From an uncultured delta proteobacterium (GTDB lineage: Bacteria > Desulfobacterota > BSN033 > UBA1163): a stretch of 64,000 bases of DNA. Position 1 is the first letter of the stretch. Every line of letters starts with the position of its first letter. Positions 20,093 through 30,783 of the stretch are shown in pieces. The translations under genes and the position numbers were made by a program. The notes beneath the pieces are model-generated. The model saw only the letters and a program-made list of their open reading frames with translations, was not told where the DNA came from and made no database searches. The DNA lies in assembly GCA_963827685.1 (NCBI GenBank), contig CAWHBU010000001.1, positions 224,001 to 288,000 of the forward strand, read 5' to 3'.

Positions 20093-21685
20093 ATGTCACA
20101 CAAAGGGCGTAGCATGATTCATGATGGGGGACTTCGTCCCCTGGTGTTCGTCATTATTCTTCTCCTTTGCGGCTGTGCCGTTGGACCTGATTTCGCTCGT
20201 GCTCCGGTAAATGTTTCGAAAACCTGGCTGGATGCAGGTGATCAGCGTGTGAAGCCAGAGCCGACGGAATACCGCAACTGGTGGCGCGTATTCAACGATC
20301 CGGTCCTCGACCGGCTGATTGACCGCGCTTACAGGGAGAACCTATCTCTCAGGATCGCGGGTGTCCGGGTACTGGAAGCCAGGGCTCAGCTCGGCATCGC
20401 CGTTGGGGAACTTTTCCCTCAGACCCAGCAGGCCTTCGGTTTCCTGCAGTATAACCGGACGAGCGAACGTGCCCCCAACTTTATCTCTTCTCTTTTGAAC
20501 TTCCGGCAATCCGAGATCGGGCTTCAGGCCGTCTGGGAACTTGACTTCTGGGGAAAATTCAGGCGGGCGATTGAGTCAGCCGATGCCAGTTTACTCGCAA
20601 CGGTCGCCGACTACGACAACGCGCTAGTGAGTCTTACGGCGGATGTAGCCAGTTCATACGTCGTGATCAAGACCCTCGGAAAACGGATCAACATTGCCCG
20701 TCAAAACGTAGAAACCCAAGAGGAGAACCTCAAGATCGCCGAGGCCCGGTTTAAGTATGGCACCACCTCGCAATTGGATGTGGAGCAGGCCAAAACGATA
20801 CTCAATGATACGCTGGCTTCCATCCCTGTCCTTGAAACCCAGCTGCGGCAGGCTAAGAACGCCCTTAGCGTATTGCTGGGTTTGCCGCCGAGCGGTTTGG
20901 CGGAGATTCTGGAAGGCTCTTTGGAGATTCCTGTCTCACCACCTGAAGTAGTAGTGGGCATCCCTGCCGACCTCCTTCGACGGCGGCCGGATATTCGGAG
21001 TGCAGAACTTCGGGCAGCGGCTCAATGCGCCCAAATCGGTGTGGCCAAAGCGGATCTCTATCCCGCTTTCTCCCTCAGCGGGAATTTCGGGTTTCTCTCG
21101 AGTGATGTTGGGAAATTTAATTTGAGCGACATGTTTCAGTGGAAGAGCCGTACTGCACAGGCTGGGCCTTCCGTCCAATGGAATATCCTCAATTATGGCC
21201 GGATCACGAACAATGTTCGGGTCCAGGATGCCAGGTTCCAGGAGTTGCTCATCACTTATCAGAATACTGTTCTCACAGCCCAACAGGAGGTGGAGGACAA
21301 TCTGGTAGCTTTTCTGAGGGCTCAGGAGCGGGCCGAATTTTTGGCCCGGAGCGTAGCAGCCGCCAAGCGTTCTCTCGATCTCGCAGTCCTGCAGTATCGA
21401 GAAGGCACTAAAGATTTTACGACCGTCCTGATCGCCCAGCAAGCTCTTTTGAATGAGCAGGACAATCTAGCAACCACCCTGGGCAATGTTTCAAGCAGTC
21501 TTGTGGGAGTTTACCGGGCCCTGGGTGGCGGTTGGGAGATTAGAGGAGGAAAGGACTTGGTGCCCTCTGAAATCAAGGGGGAGATGGCAAAGCGCACCAA
21601 CTGGGGGAAATTGCTCGCTCCGGCATCATATAATCCGCCAGTCTCCGAGGAGCCCAAATTCCTTATCCGGCCTCCCGATTGGTAA
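20093..21685 (+). CDS. RND outer membrane factor (NodT/OprM family)
   Basis: Lipobox LCGCAVGP, WW.VFNDP.L, WELDFWG, RRPDI, ALGGGW; start uncertain (20030-20114). Confidence 0.93.
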   Translation: MSHKGRSMIHDGGLRPLVFVIILLLCGCAVGPDFARAPVNVSKTWLDAGDQRVKPEPTEYRNWWRVFNDPVLDRLIDRAYRENLSLRIAGVRVLEARAQLGIAVGELFPQTQQAFGFLQYNRTSERAPNFISSLLNFRQSEIGLQAVWELDFWGKFRRAIESADASLLATVADYDNALVSLTADVASSYVVIKTLGKRINIARQNVETQEENLKIAEARFKYGTTSQLDVEQAKTILNDTLASIPVLETQLRQAKNALSVLLGLPPSGLAEILEGSLEIPVSPPEVVVGIPADLLRRRPDIRSAELRAAAQCAQIGVAKADLYPAFSLSGNFGFLSSDVGKFNLSDMFQWKSRTAQAGPSVQWNILNYGRITNNVRVQDARFQELLITYQNTVLTAQQEVEDNLVAFLRAQERAEFLARSVAAAKRSLDLAVLQYREGTKDFTTVLIAQQALLNEQDNLATTLGNVSSSLVGVYRALGGGWEIRGGKDLVPSEIKGEMAKRTNWGKLLAPASYNPPVSEEPKFLIRPPDW

Positions 21686-21744
21686 AGAAATAAGGACCGG
21701 GATATAACCCCCCAGAAATGGACTTGGGATCTGGAGGTTTAATA

Positions 21745-22950
21745 ATGAGTTGCAAAAACGGTGATAAATCCAGGTGGATCCGAGTGGCTTTAGATCGGGG
21801 GATGTTTTTGATCTTCTTGTTTCTTCTGGTAGCCTGCGGAGAAAAGGCAAAGCAGGCCTTACCGTCTCCACCCGTAGTAACAGTTGCTCAACCCGTACGG
21901 CGGCTGGTGACGGACTACCTCGAACTGACCGGTAATACACAGGCCATCAAGACGGTGCAACTGGTCGCTCGGGTGGCAGGGTACCTGGATAAAGTCTTCT
22001 TTCAAGATGGACAATTCGTAAAAGAGGGTCAATTGCTCTTTCTCATTCAGCAGAACACGTACCAGGACAACCTGCGGCAAACCGAGGCAGCAATTTTACA
22101 GCAGAAGGCCCAGCTGGAGTATGCCGAAATTCAATTGGCCCGTTATTCTAAGTTGGTTCAGGAGAAAGCGGCTTCTCAAACCGACGTAGACAACTGGCGG
22201 TATCAAAGGGATTCCGCCCAGGCCAACCTGGTTTCGGCGCAGGCAAAACGGGACCTGGCAAAACTCGACCTGATCTACACGGAGGTCAGAGCCCCTTTTG
22301 ACGGCCGCATAGACAGAAGATTAAGAGACCCTGGCAACCTGGTGGGTTCGGGTGAAAATACGGTCCTGGCAGAGATCAACCAGATCAATCCCATCTATGT
22401 CTATTTCAACATCAGCGATGCGGATCTTGCCCGCCTGATAGGAGAGGCTCATTGGACGCCAGGCCAGGCTCGTGCCATAAAATGGCCGGTCTTCGTGGGC
22501 CTCCTTACCGAAAAAGAGTATCCTCACAAAGGCCAGCTCGATTTTGCATCCATTAGCCTCACTCCCACCACCGGTACCTTGCTGATGCGCGGAGTCTTCT
22601 CAAACCCTGACGGGAAGATCCTGCCGGGACTCTATGCCCGGGTGCATGTGCCTGTTAAGGAAGGACCTGCTTTTCTGGTGCCTCAGGAGGCTATCGGATA
22701 TGACCAGCGCGGATCATATGTGCTGGTGGTGAACGAAAATAACGTGGTGCAACGTTCCAGCGTCAGAATTGGCATACTGGTGGACCATCTGCGTGTCGTC
22801 GAAGAAGGTCTAACGGGAAAGGAATGGGTTGTCATAAGGGGCGTGCAGAAAGCCATTCCCGGACGACCCGTGACCCCGGAGAGGCAGGATTTACCGACAT
22901 TCGGTGCAAGCTCCCGTCAATCCACAAGCGAAATGAGGGAAGGGTTATGA
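21745..22950 (+). CDS. RND periplasmic adaptor subunit
   Basis: Lipobox VAC, ARV.GYL, APFDGRI, NPDGKILPG; GGAGG RBS before 21745. Confidence 0.92.
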   Translation: MSCKNGDKSRWIRVALDRGMFLIFLFLLVACGEKAKQALPSPPVVTVAQPVRRLVTDYLELTGNTQAIKTVQLVARVAGYLDKVFFQDGQFVKEGQLLFLIQQNTYQDNLRQTEAAILQQKAQLEYAEIQLARYSKLVQEKAASQTDVDNWRYQRDSAQANLVSAQAKRDLAKLDLIYTEVRAPFDGRIDRRLRDPGNLVGSGENTVLAEINQINPIYVYFNISDADLARLIGEAHWTPGQARAIKWPVFVGLLTEKEYPHKGQLDFASISLTPTTGTLLMRGVFSNPDGKILPGLYARVHVPVKEGPAFLVPQEAIGYDQRGSYVLVVNENNVVQRSSVRIGILVDHLRVVEEGLTGKEWVVIRGVQKAIPGRPVTPERQDLPTFGASSRQSTSEMREGL

Positions 22951-25900
22951 TCTCCCGGTTCTTTATTGAGCGGCCGATCCTCGCTAATGTCGTCGCTTTT
23001 GTCACCATCGTTATCGGGATAGTAAGCTATTATCACCTGGCAGTAGAGCAGTATCCTCCGATTACGCCGCCGACGATTCAGGTAACCACCAGGTATCCGG
23101 GAGCGAGTGCCGCAGTCATTGCAGACATAATAGGAGTACCCATCGAACAGGCGGTCAACGGTGTTGAGCATTCCATTTACATGTCCTCCAAAAGCAGTAG
23201 CGACGGCTCCTATACTCTGACCATTACCTTTGACGTGGGGACCGATCTTAATACATCTCTTGCCCTCGTCCAAAATCAGGTTAACACCGCACTGGCACAG
23301 CTGCCGCCAGCCGTTGCGCAGCAAGGGGTTAACGTAAAGAAAGTTTCCACTAACATCTTGCTAATTATCAGTTTATACTCCGATGACAACCGGTTTGATG
23401 AGGCCTTTCTCTCCAACTACGCCATCATCAATATGCAGAATCCACTGGCCCGGCTGGAAGGCATTGGCCAGGTAAGGGTTTTTGGGGCTGGCCCTTATAG
23501 TATGCGAGTCTGGTTGGACCCAAAGAGACTCCAGGATTTCAACCTTACCACCCAGGATGTCCTGAACGCCATCGGAGACCAGAATATTGAGGTCGCGGCA
23601 GGACAACTGGGTGCTCCCCCTGTACCAAAAGATCAGGTCTTTCAGTTCACCATTAACAGCCTGGGCCGGCTGTCCGATGCCAAACAGTTTGAAAACGTCA
23701 TTGTCAAGAGCGGCCGCGGCGTGACTGCCCAGATTGTACGATTGCGCGATATTGGGCGCGTTGATCTGGGCCAACAGTATTACTCAAACTTTGCTAATAT
23801 GCGCGGACTCAGCTCAGCCCAGATCCCCGTCTTCGCCCTTCCCGAGGCCAACGCCATCGCCGTCGCTAACCAAGTTTACAAGGCTGTGGCCGAGATGAGC
23901 AAGGATTTCCCCGAAGGTCTGAAGTACGCGATCCGCTTCGACACCACCACGTTCATCCGTCAGGCAGTATCCAAGGTGTATGAAACGCTTTTCGAAGCGG
24001 GCATTCTGGTCCTTATCGTGATCATGGTATTTCTGCAGAGTTTTCGGGGAATGCTTGTTCCCGCCACTACTGTGCCGGTGACCATTATCGGCGGTTTTGC
24101 TGCTATGATCGCGCTCGGATTCACCATTAATCTTATGACCTTATTCGCTTTGATTCTGGCCATTGGCATCGTGGTCGACGACGCGATCGTCATTGTGGAA
24201 AACAGCGCCTATTATATCGAGAAGGGTCTATCTCCAAAAGACGCTGCGATTAAGGCGATGAGCGAGCTGACCGGCCCGATTATGGGCATTACCATGGCAC
24301 TGGTCTCGGTCTTCCTGCCCGCGGCCTTTTTACCCGGCATCACAGGACAGATCTTTCGGCAATTCGCCCTGGTCATTGCTTCGACTGCGGTGATCAGCGC
24401 CATTAATGCCATGACCTTAAAACCGGCCCAGTGTGCCCTGTGGCTCCGGCCCAGAGGGGAGAAGCGGTTAAATTGGTTTTATCGTGGTTTCAATAAAGTT
24501 TATCAGGATATGAAGGATCCCTACATGGGGATGGTTCGCTGGATGGTGAAGCGGGCGGGACTTGCGGTCGTGTTTTATTTCGTCATCATCGCCATTTCTG
24601 GCTGGCTATTTGCTCGTTGGCCCACTGGATTTCTCCCTACCGAGGACCAGGGCTATGGTATTCTCTTCACCCGTCTGCCGGACGGGGCCGCTCAGCCGAG
24701 GGCGCGGGAGGTATCAGAGAAAATCGACGCTATCCTCAAGAAAACCCCCGGTGTCATCAACTGGATTACGATCGGTGGTTATTCCTTCCTGGACGCGGCC
24801 AATGTCTCCACGATTTCAAGTACTTTTGTCACTTACAAAGACTGGAGTGAACGCGGCTCTGCCCTAAGTCAGGATAAGATTGTCGCCCGTCTTAACCGCG
24901 ACCTTTCTGCCATCCAGGAAGCGGTGGCGTTTGTGGTGATTCCACCGCCCATCAGAGGGTTAGGCCAGACGGGTGGATTTCAGATGATGGTGGAAGACCG
25001 GAAAGACATCGGTCCCCAGGAACTCCAGAGGGCCACAAATGACCTTATCCAGGCGGGTAACTCCCAGAAGAGTTTACAGAACCTCACCACCACCTTTAAC
25101 ATCAACAGCCCCCAACTCTACCTGGACATTGATAGGACGAAGGCTCAGTCCTTTCAAGTTCCGCTGAATAACGTGCTTGAGACGCTCCAGGACTACCTGG
25201 GCTCCTCCTTCGTCAATCTCTTCAACAAGTTCAATCAGGTGTACCAGGTCTACATCCAGGCAAACGACAGCTACCGGGTGAAACCGGAGGACATCAAGAA
25301 CCTCTATACCCGAAATGCCAATGGGGAAATGGTACCCCTCGGCAGCGTTTTAGAGGTCAGACGTTCCCAGGGCTCCGAATTGATTACTCGCTACAACCTT
25401 TATCCGGCAGCCGCCATCTTTGGATCCGCTGGTTCAGGATTCACCTCGGGACAGGCCCTCAAACTGATGGAAGAACTGGGGACGAATGTTCTGCCGCGGG
25501 GAGCCGGCTATGAGTGGACCGCTACGAGCTATCAGGAAAAGAAGGTTGGCCATCAGGCATACTTCATTTACGCCCTCTCCATCACCTTGGTCTTCATGGT
25601 GCTGGCCGCACTGTATGAGAGCTGGATATCTCCAGCGGCTGTCATTCTGGCAGTACCCTTGGCATTGGTCGGGGTTCTCCTCGGTCTCATCATTCGACGA
25701 CTTGACAACAATCTCTACACTCAAATAGGCCTGGTGCTGATGATCGCCCTGGCCAGTAAGAACGCCATCCTCATTGTTGAGTTTGCACGGGACCTGCAAC
25801 GGGAAGGCATGTCTTTGACCGAGGCGGCCATCGAGGCAACGAGCCGGCGCTTTCGCCCCATCGTGATGACTTCCTTTGCCTTCATCCTGGGAGTGGCCCC

Positions 25901-26117
25901 CCTGCTATTCGCAAGGGGCGCTGGCGCTGCTAGCCAAGAGGCCATCGGTACAGTCGTCTTCGGGGGTATGATTGCGTCTACGCTGCTTGCCATTCCGTTT
26001 GTGCCGGTTTTCTACGTGGTGACGCAGCGGTTGAGCGAACGGCGAAGAAATGGTAAAACCTCTTCACTGCCAAGACCGGAGATACCAAGTACCCAAAGCG
26101 GAAAGATCAAGGAATGA
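22947..26117 (+). CDS. RND efflux permease (HAE1)
   Basis: MISRFFIERP start overlaps the upstream stop; GIVVDDAIVIVEN, KNAILIVEFA, RPIVMTS. Confidence 0.94.
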   Translation: MISRFFIERPILANVVAFVTIVIGIVSYYHLAVEQYPPITPPTIQVTTRYPGASAAVIADIIGVPIEQAVNGVEHSIYMSSKSSSDGSYTLTITFDVGTDLNTSLALVQNQVNTALAQLPPAVAQQGVNVKKVSTNILLIISLYSDDNRFDEAFLSNYAIINMQNPLARLEGIGQVRVFGAGPYSMRVWLDPKRLQDFNLTTQDVLNAIGDQNIEVAAGQLGAPPVPKDQVFQFTINSLGRLSDAKQFENVIVKSGRGVTAQIVRLRDIGRVDLGQQYYSNFANMRGLSSAQIPVFALPEANAIAVANQVYKAVAEMSKDFPEGLKYAIRFDTTTFIRQAVSKVYETLFEAGILVLIVIMVFLQSFRGMLVPATTVPVTIIGGFAAMIALGFTINLMTLFALILAIGIVVDDAIVIVENSAYYIEKGLSPKDAAIKAMSELTGPIMGITMALVSVFLPAAFLPGITGQIFRQFALVIASTAVISAINAMTLKPAQCALWLRPRGEKRLNWFYRGFNKVYQDMKDPYMGMVRWMVKRAGLAVVFYFVIIAISGWLFARWPTGFLPTEDQGYGILFTRLPDGAAQPRAREVSEKIDAILKKTPGVINWITIGGYSFLDAANVSTISSTFVTYKDWSERGSALSQDKIVARLNRDLSAIQEAVAFVVIPPPIRGLGQTGGFQMMVEDRKDIGPQELQRATNDLIQAGNSQKSLQNLTTTFNINSPQLYLDIDRTKAQSFQVPLNNVLETLQDYLGSSFVNLFNKFNQVYQVYIQANDSYRVKPEDIKNLYTRNANGEMVPLGSVLEVRRSQGSELITRYNLYPAAAIFGSAGSGFTSGQALKLMEELGTNVLPRGAGYEWTATSYQEKKVGHQAYFIYALSITLVFMVLAALYESWISPAAVILAVPLALVGVLLGLIIRRLDNNLYTQIGLVLMIALASKNAILIVEFARDLQREGMSLTEAAIEATSRRFRPIVMTSFAFILGVAPLLFARGAGAASQEAIGTVVFGGMIASTLLAIPFVPVFYVVTQRLSERRRNGKTSSLPRPEIPSTQSGKIKE

Positions 26118-26125
26118 AGCCGAGG

Positions 26126-26605
26126 TTAGCTTGTCTCGCAGGGGGGGATTTTTTCAGTAAGTTTTTTCTTCTTTGCTGACGTAAGTTCCTCTTTTACCTC
26201 CCAGTCCTTTTTGGCAAAGGAATCCTGTCCCTTGATGAGAAGCCAATCTTTGCCACTTCCTCTTCCTCTCATTAGGATGAGGGAAAAGCTGCCCTTTAGT
26301 TTTTTTCCATTTAAGGTGAAACTGAGTCTTCCTTTTTTCAGGGCGGATTCGGAATCTCCCTCTACTTGAAACTCGCCCGAGTCCCAGATGAGGACCGGTC
26401 CGGCACCGTAGTGTCCCTGAGGGATAATTCCTTCAAACTCACCATATTCAAGGGGATGATCATCCACCATGACGGCGAGCCGCTTATCCGACGGGTTCAT
26501 GGAAGGTCCCTTGGGAATGGCCCATGATTTGAGGACCCCGGCGATTTCCAACCGAAAATCATAGTGGAGACGGGTTGCATGATGCTCATGAACGACGAAT
26601 CTCAT
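26126..26605 (-). CDS. Stand-alone LigD 3'-phosphoesterase domain protein
   Basis: FVVHEHHATRLHYDFRLE..GVLKSWAIPKGPS, RLAV..DHPL.Y..FEG.IP...YGAG...WD.G. Confidence 0.93.
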   Translation of the reverse strand: MRFVVHEHHATRLHYDFRLEIAGVLKSWAIPKGPSMNPSDKRLAVMVDDHPLEYGEFEGIIPQGHYGAGPVLIWDSGEFQVEGDSESALKKGRLSFTLNGKKLKGSFSLILMRGRGSGKDWLLIKGQDSFAKKDWEVKEELTSAKKKKLTEKIPPCETS

Positions 26606-26629
26606 CCACGTCTTCTCTTTCTTTTATCC

Positions 26630-26810
26630 GCCTACGCAGAAGACCACGGCCTTTGGCCGTGGATGAATGCGTAAATCGTTGCAGAATCTATCATCAGCGG
26701 AAATTTAGTTGCTCCGGCGGATTTCGCTGCTGGCGGATAACCCGCCGAAGCCTTGGCGTAGGCGGCTATCTCGCGGGAGGTACCACGGGCTTTGCCGGTG
26801 GAACTCCATC
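26630..26810. mobile_element. Non-autonomous IS200/IS605-type element (two subterminal hairpins)
   Basis: CCACGGCC-TTT-GGCCGTGG-ATGAA at left and CCACGGGC-TTT-GCCGGTGG at right; nested CCGCC..GGCGG palindrome. Confidence 0.55.
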
Positions 26811-26850
26811 TCTCAATAGGAGAAAGCTACCCATTTCTTTCTCTTAAGAT

Positions 26851-28236
26851 TTATTCCATCTTTTCCAGGATCTTTTGAAAGGGCCTTATCATTTGCTCCT
26901 TTATTCTCTTACGATAGATTTCTCTTCTCATCGAGGGGATCTTAGTGAGAAGAATTAAAATGGAGTTGATCACACGGGCCTTGTATTTCCGGTGAGGAAA
27001 ATCATAGAGACGGTGTTTTTTGTAGAACTGATGATCTGCCTGGAAGGGAAACCGGAGTTTTCCCCAAACATCATCCCTAAGAACCTTCATTCCGCCGACT
27101 CCCAGAAAGGTGATTGGTTTCTTGTAGTTCTTCTCAGCAAGATGAACGACTCGTTGAGCCAAAGATTGGAGGCGGGCATCTAACTCTTTGGCATTACCAA
27201 CTTCATCCGTGACGATGTCGACAAGGTTGGCCTGTTGCCATTCGGCATAGGCTTCTAAGATCTGCCGGAGGTTAGGGATTTGTCTTAAAGGACCGGAGAG
27301 AATCACTCCGACCTGTTTTCCCGTTAGGGAAGGGGTATGAGTGTGAAAGAAACTTCTGTCGAAAAACATCTTCCATCTGGAGGATAAATACCTGTCCTGA
27401 ATTGTCCCTGTGAAAATTAGGATATCCGCGGCTTTCACTTGATCTTTATAAAATTGAACATATTCATCCTGATCCCCGTAGGAACACTGATAATCGTAAC
27501 CGCATTGAATACAGCCTAAGCACCCACCCTTTATGTCAAGATGGTGGAGATTGGTCACGTTTACCTCCTCGACAAAGGAGTTTCTGAATCTCTCGATCAT
27601 CTTACCTAAATTGGTCTGAGGGCCTTTCAGGTCCGTAAGGATCAGCACCCTTTTCCCCCGGATACTTACCTTCTGTCCCGCAGAACCCGGAACGTAATCA
27701 AAGGCCTGATCGAGAATCGGGGAGAATCTTTTTGCGGTGGGCGCATGGGTTTGAATCCCTTCGAAGAATTCGGAGGCAAAAAGGATCCATTTTTCTCTCC
27801 CCTTTCCACTCAACAGATCGTACATGGCGGCTGAGAAAGACCCAAAATATTTCATATCCAGATCATCGCAAATCGCATTCATGTAATTGTGAGCGGTGTG
27901 GTCGAAGAAATGAATGGAGGTCGATAACACGGCGGTATATTTATTCTTAAAAACATCCGCTGTCTCTCTCTCCCAGATGAGCTCAATGAACCGCTTATAT
28001 TGGGAGGGGACGAGAAGATAATAGAGGGGGAAAGCCCAGAGCACCCCATCAGAGGATTTTATTTCCTCCATGACTTCTCGGAAGGTCTTTTCTTCCCTTT
28101 CCATTCCCCTGATCTGCTGGGCCACGTTGAAGATCTTCAATTCATGCTGAGGAAACTTCTTCTGAATGAAATGGACATACTGCAAGGTGACGCTCAAGTC
28201 ACCTTTAGGGCTTCCGTTGAGTACGATTATTTTCAT
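26851..28236 (-). CDS. Tandem flavodoxin-like NAD(P)H-dependent oxidoreductase / iron-sulfur flavoprotein
   Basis: LNGSPKG N-terminus; second domain with CLGCIQC.....C. Confidence 0.82.
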   Translation of the reverse strand: MKIIVLNGSPKGDLSVTLQYVHFIQKKFPQHELKIFNVAQQIRGMEREEKTFREVMEEIKSSDGVLWAFPLYYLLVPSQYKRFIELIWERETADVFKNKYTAVLSTSIHFFDHTAHNYMNAICDDLDMKYFGSFSAAMYDLLSGKGREKWILFASEFFEGIQTHAPTAKRFSPILDQAFDYVPGSAGQKVSIRGKRVLILTDLKGPQTNLGKMIERFRNSFVEEVNVTNLHHLDIKGGCLGCIQCGYDYQCSYGDQDEYVQFYKDQVKAADILIFTGTIQDRYLSSRWKMFFDRSFFHTHTPSLTGKQVGVILSGPLRQIPNLRQILEAYAEWQQANLVDIVTDEVGNAKELDARLQSLAQRVVHLAEKNYKKPITFLGVGGMKVLRDDVWGKLRFPFQADHQFYKKHRLYDFPHRKYKARVINSILILLTKIPSMRREIYRKRIKEQMIRPFQKILEKME

Positions 28237-28377
28237 CGTGAGATCCTTTCAATTCTGAATAAACCATGAAACGGGCATTCGCAATCGAATTCCTTTCCCT
28301 CCCAAAAACTCATGCCCATCCTCTCAATTTCTCACCAAACCTACCTTATTCTACAATAATGTTATCCTCTAGGAAAC

Positions 28378-29241
28378 TTACTTGTAATTTAAAGCCTTTT
28401 TCCGAAGGGCAACTAAAATTCCAGCAAAGATCGAAATTCCTCCTAAAATCTTCCAGACCGTCAGCCCTTCTCCAAGAATGAGGTAGGCAAGGATAGTTGA
28501 CCCGATGGGTTCTCCTAAAATTGTTATCGCCACCATCGAGACTGGAAGATATTTAAGGGCCCAGTTGAAGGTGGTGTGGCCAATCAATTGAGGGACCAGG
28601 GCGAGGAGAAAGAGATAGAAATAGGTAGACGATGAATATCCGAAAAAGGGTTTTTGAAAAATAAGGGAAAGGAGAATCAGGATCAATCCAGCCGTTGAAT
28701 AGACAGGGAAGATATAAGAGAAAAGATCCTGCTCCTTTCTCATTTTTCTTCCCACAAGCAAGTATCCGGATGCAGCCATAGCCCCTAAAAGGGCAAACCC
28801 ATCTCCCATCAAGGCCTCTTTCGAAAGGGTCATGTCTCCATAGCTGATCAATCCACTCCCTAAAACCGAGAGAACGATCCCTAATATTAAATTCAACCCA
28901 AGTCGTTCCTTTAAAAAGACCAAGCCTCCGATACCAACAAAAATGGGGTGGGTAGTGACTAAAACCACAGAACTGGCCACAGAGGTGTATTTCAGAGAGG
29001 TTATCCAGAGGGCAAAGTGGAGGCTTAGGAGGAGGCCGGAGAGAAGAAACCATCCCAATGTGTTCCTCTCCCATCCTCTCCAGGTTTTCTTATAATAAGC
29101 GGAAGGGGATAGCATCAGGGAAGCAAGCATGAGCCGGTACGTGGCGATGATCAGCACCGGCGCATCGCAGAGCTTGATGAAAATCGAAGCCGTAGAGATA
29201 GCTATGATCCCAATAAGAAGAAATATACAAAGGCGAACCAT
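28378..29241 (-). CDS. DMT/EamA family transporter
   Basis: Ten hydrophobic helices, HF.LW..SL.YTSVA, GHT.FNWAL, GEPIG. Confidence 0.92.
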   Translation of the reverse strand: MVRLCIFLLIGIIAISTASIFIKLCDAPVLIIATYRLMLASLMLSPSAYYKKTWRGWERNTLGWFLLSGLLLSLHFALWITSLKYTSVASSVVLVTTHPIFVGIGGLVFLKERLGLNLILGIVLSVLGSGLISYGDMTLSKEALMGDGFALLGAMAASGYLLVGRKMRKEQDLFSYIFPVYSTAGLILILLSLIFQKPFFGYSSSTYFYLFLLALVPQLIGHTTFNWALKYLPVSMVAITILGEPIGSTILAYLILGEGLTVWKILGGISIFAGILVALRKKALNYK

Positions 29242-29325
29242 GTCAACTAATTTATCGCAATCAGAAATGATCTTCAAGAGCCCTTGCGATCCTCCCACCC
29301 CAAGGAGCCTGCGTTAGAATCCCTA

Positions 29326-29551
29326 TTCGTCATTGCGAGCGATCCCGCCTGAGCGGGAGAACGTGCCTGCACGCCGGAGTGCCTTCCTCAAGCGAAACGC
29401 TTTGTGCAGATAAATGTTTCGGCACGCAGGCGTGCCTGCGCGCTGAAGCGCTCCGGCGCGCAAGCGTGGCAATCTCTTTGGTTTGATTCGTTGTGAGATT
29501 GCTTCGGTCGTTTCCTGCCTGCCGCAGGCAGGCACTCCCTCGCAATGACGT
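29326..29551. repeat. REP-like element GTCATTGCGAG...CTCGCAATGAC with nested insertions
   Basis: Terminal inverted repeats, inner GCAATCTC/GAGATTGC, nested CCTGCCTGCCGCAGGCAGG. Confidence 0.75.
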
Positions 29552-29701
29552 TGTGGCGCGGTCTCAAGGGAGCAAGTTGACAGGTGGATGAAAAGGTGAT
29601 ATTTTTTTCGATAGCCTCGGTTAAGTGATTCGTGAAAGGTTTAAACATTAAGGGTTATGCGTTGAGCGTTCTCGTTGAGGCATTGAAAAAAGAATTTTAT
29701 T

Positions 29702-30697
29702 ATGTCAAAAAAACTATACTTCATTTCGATCCTATTACTCATTATCTCCCCTGCCATCTCCTTTGCCCAGGAAAAAACATCTAAGAAGATAATACCAAGA
29801 ATCGGCGTCACTCAGACCGTCTCCTATCCAGATTTCGACGCAGACGCCAAGGGGTTTGAGAAGGCTCTCGCCGAAGCTGGCTTTAAAGAAGGCATCCATG
29901 TTATTTATGACCGGCAAAGTGCACAAGGAGATGTAAGTCAAACGCAGACCATTGCCCATAAGTTCTTAAATGATGATGTGGATCTGATCCACAGCATTGC
30001 TACGCCCTCTTCACGGGCGGTGATAAAGATCATCAAAGATATTCCTATTGTCTTCTCCTCTGTGACTGACCCTGTCTATGCTGGACTCATATCTAAGAAA
30101 AGCCCCCTGGGAACAAAAACCCGAACAAATGTTACCGGCGTCAGTGATCGATGGCCTGTGACGCTACAGTTTGAGATGTATACCAAGTTTTTCCCCAGGG
30201 CAAAAAAGTGGGGAACGATTTATAGCGCGGGAGATCCCAGATCCATTCTTTATATTAGAGAGATGCGTGAAGCTGCCAAGAAGCTGAAAGTGGAACTGAT
30301 CGAAGTAACAATCTCCAGTAGCGATGAGGCCCTGCCCGCTGCTCAATTTCTTGCAGGAAAAGCTCAGACCATTTTTATCACCTACGATCATATCGCCCTC
30401 TCTTCTTTTGATGACATCGTGAAGGCCTGTAAGGAAAAGAAAATCCCTCTCTTTGGGGGTGATCTCAAATGCGTCACAAAAGGTGCGATGGCTGCTTATG
30501 GATGGGATTATTTTCAAATCGGCTATGCTGCAGGGAGGAAGGCTGTTCGGATTCTAAGGGGGGAGAAACCGGGAGACATTCCTTGGGAACTTGGAGGAAA
30601 ATTGGTTCTCTTGATCAACGAGAAAGCCGCCAAGGCCCAAGGAGCCATTGTCCCTCCTGAGCTATTGAAAAGGGCAGATAAGATCGTCCAGGAATAG
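29702..30697 (+). CDS. ABC transporter substrate-binding protein (ABC_sub_bind family)
   Basis: Signal peptide, IATPSS, PIVFSSVTDPV, NVTGVSD, IL.GEKP.DIP. Confidence 0.9.
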   Translation: MSKKLYFISILLLIISPAISFAQEKTSKKIIPRIGVTQTVSYPDFDADAKGFEKALAEAGFKEGIHVIYDRQSAQGDVSQTQTIAHKFLNDDVDLIHSIATPSSRAVIKIIKDIPIVFSSVTDPVYAGLISKKSPLGTKTRTNVTGVSDRWPVTLQFEMYTKFFPRAKKWGTIYSAGDPRSILYIREMREAAKKLKVELIEVTISSSDEALPAAQFLAGKAQTIFITYDHIALSSFDDIVKACKEKKIPLFGGDLKCVTKGAMAAYGWDYFQIGYAAGRKAVRILRGEKPGDIPWELGGKLVLLINEKAAKAQGAIVPPELLKRADKIVQE

Positions 30698-30783
30698 ACC
30701 GGATATGAAGCACCCATCACCCAATAAATTCCAATAACCAAAATTTCTTAGATTATGTTTGATCAATGGTGATTATCTGGTTA

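Noticed and set aside
14826-25993. Long antisense ORFs inside the RND genes (e.g. 17883..19031, 15906..16658)
   Set aside because: Shadow frames of GC-rich coding sequence opposite well-supported genes.
29323-29648. Short ORFs 29323..29535, 29330..29545 and 29388..29648
   Set aside because: They lie over nested palindromic repeats and show no protein-like features.
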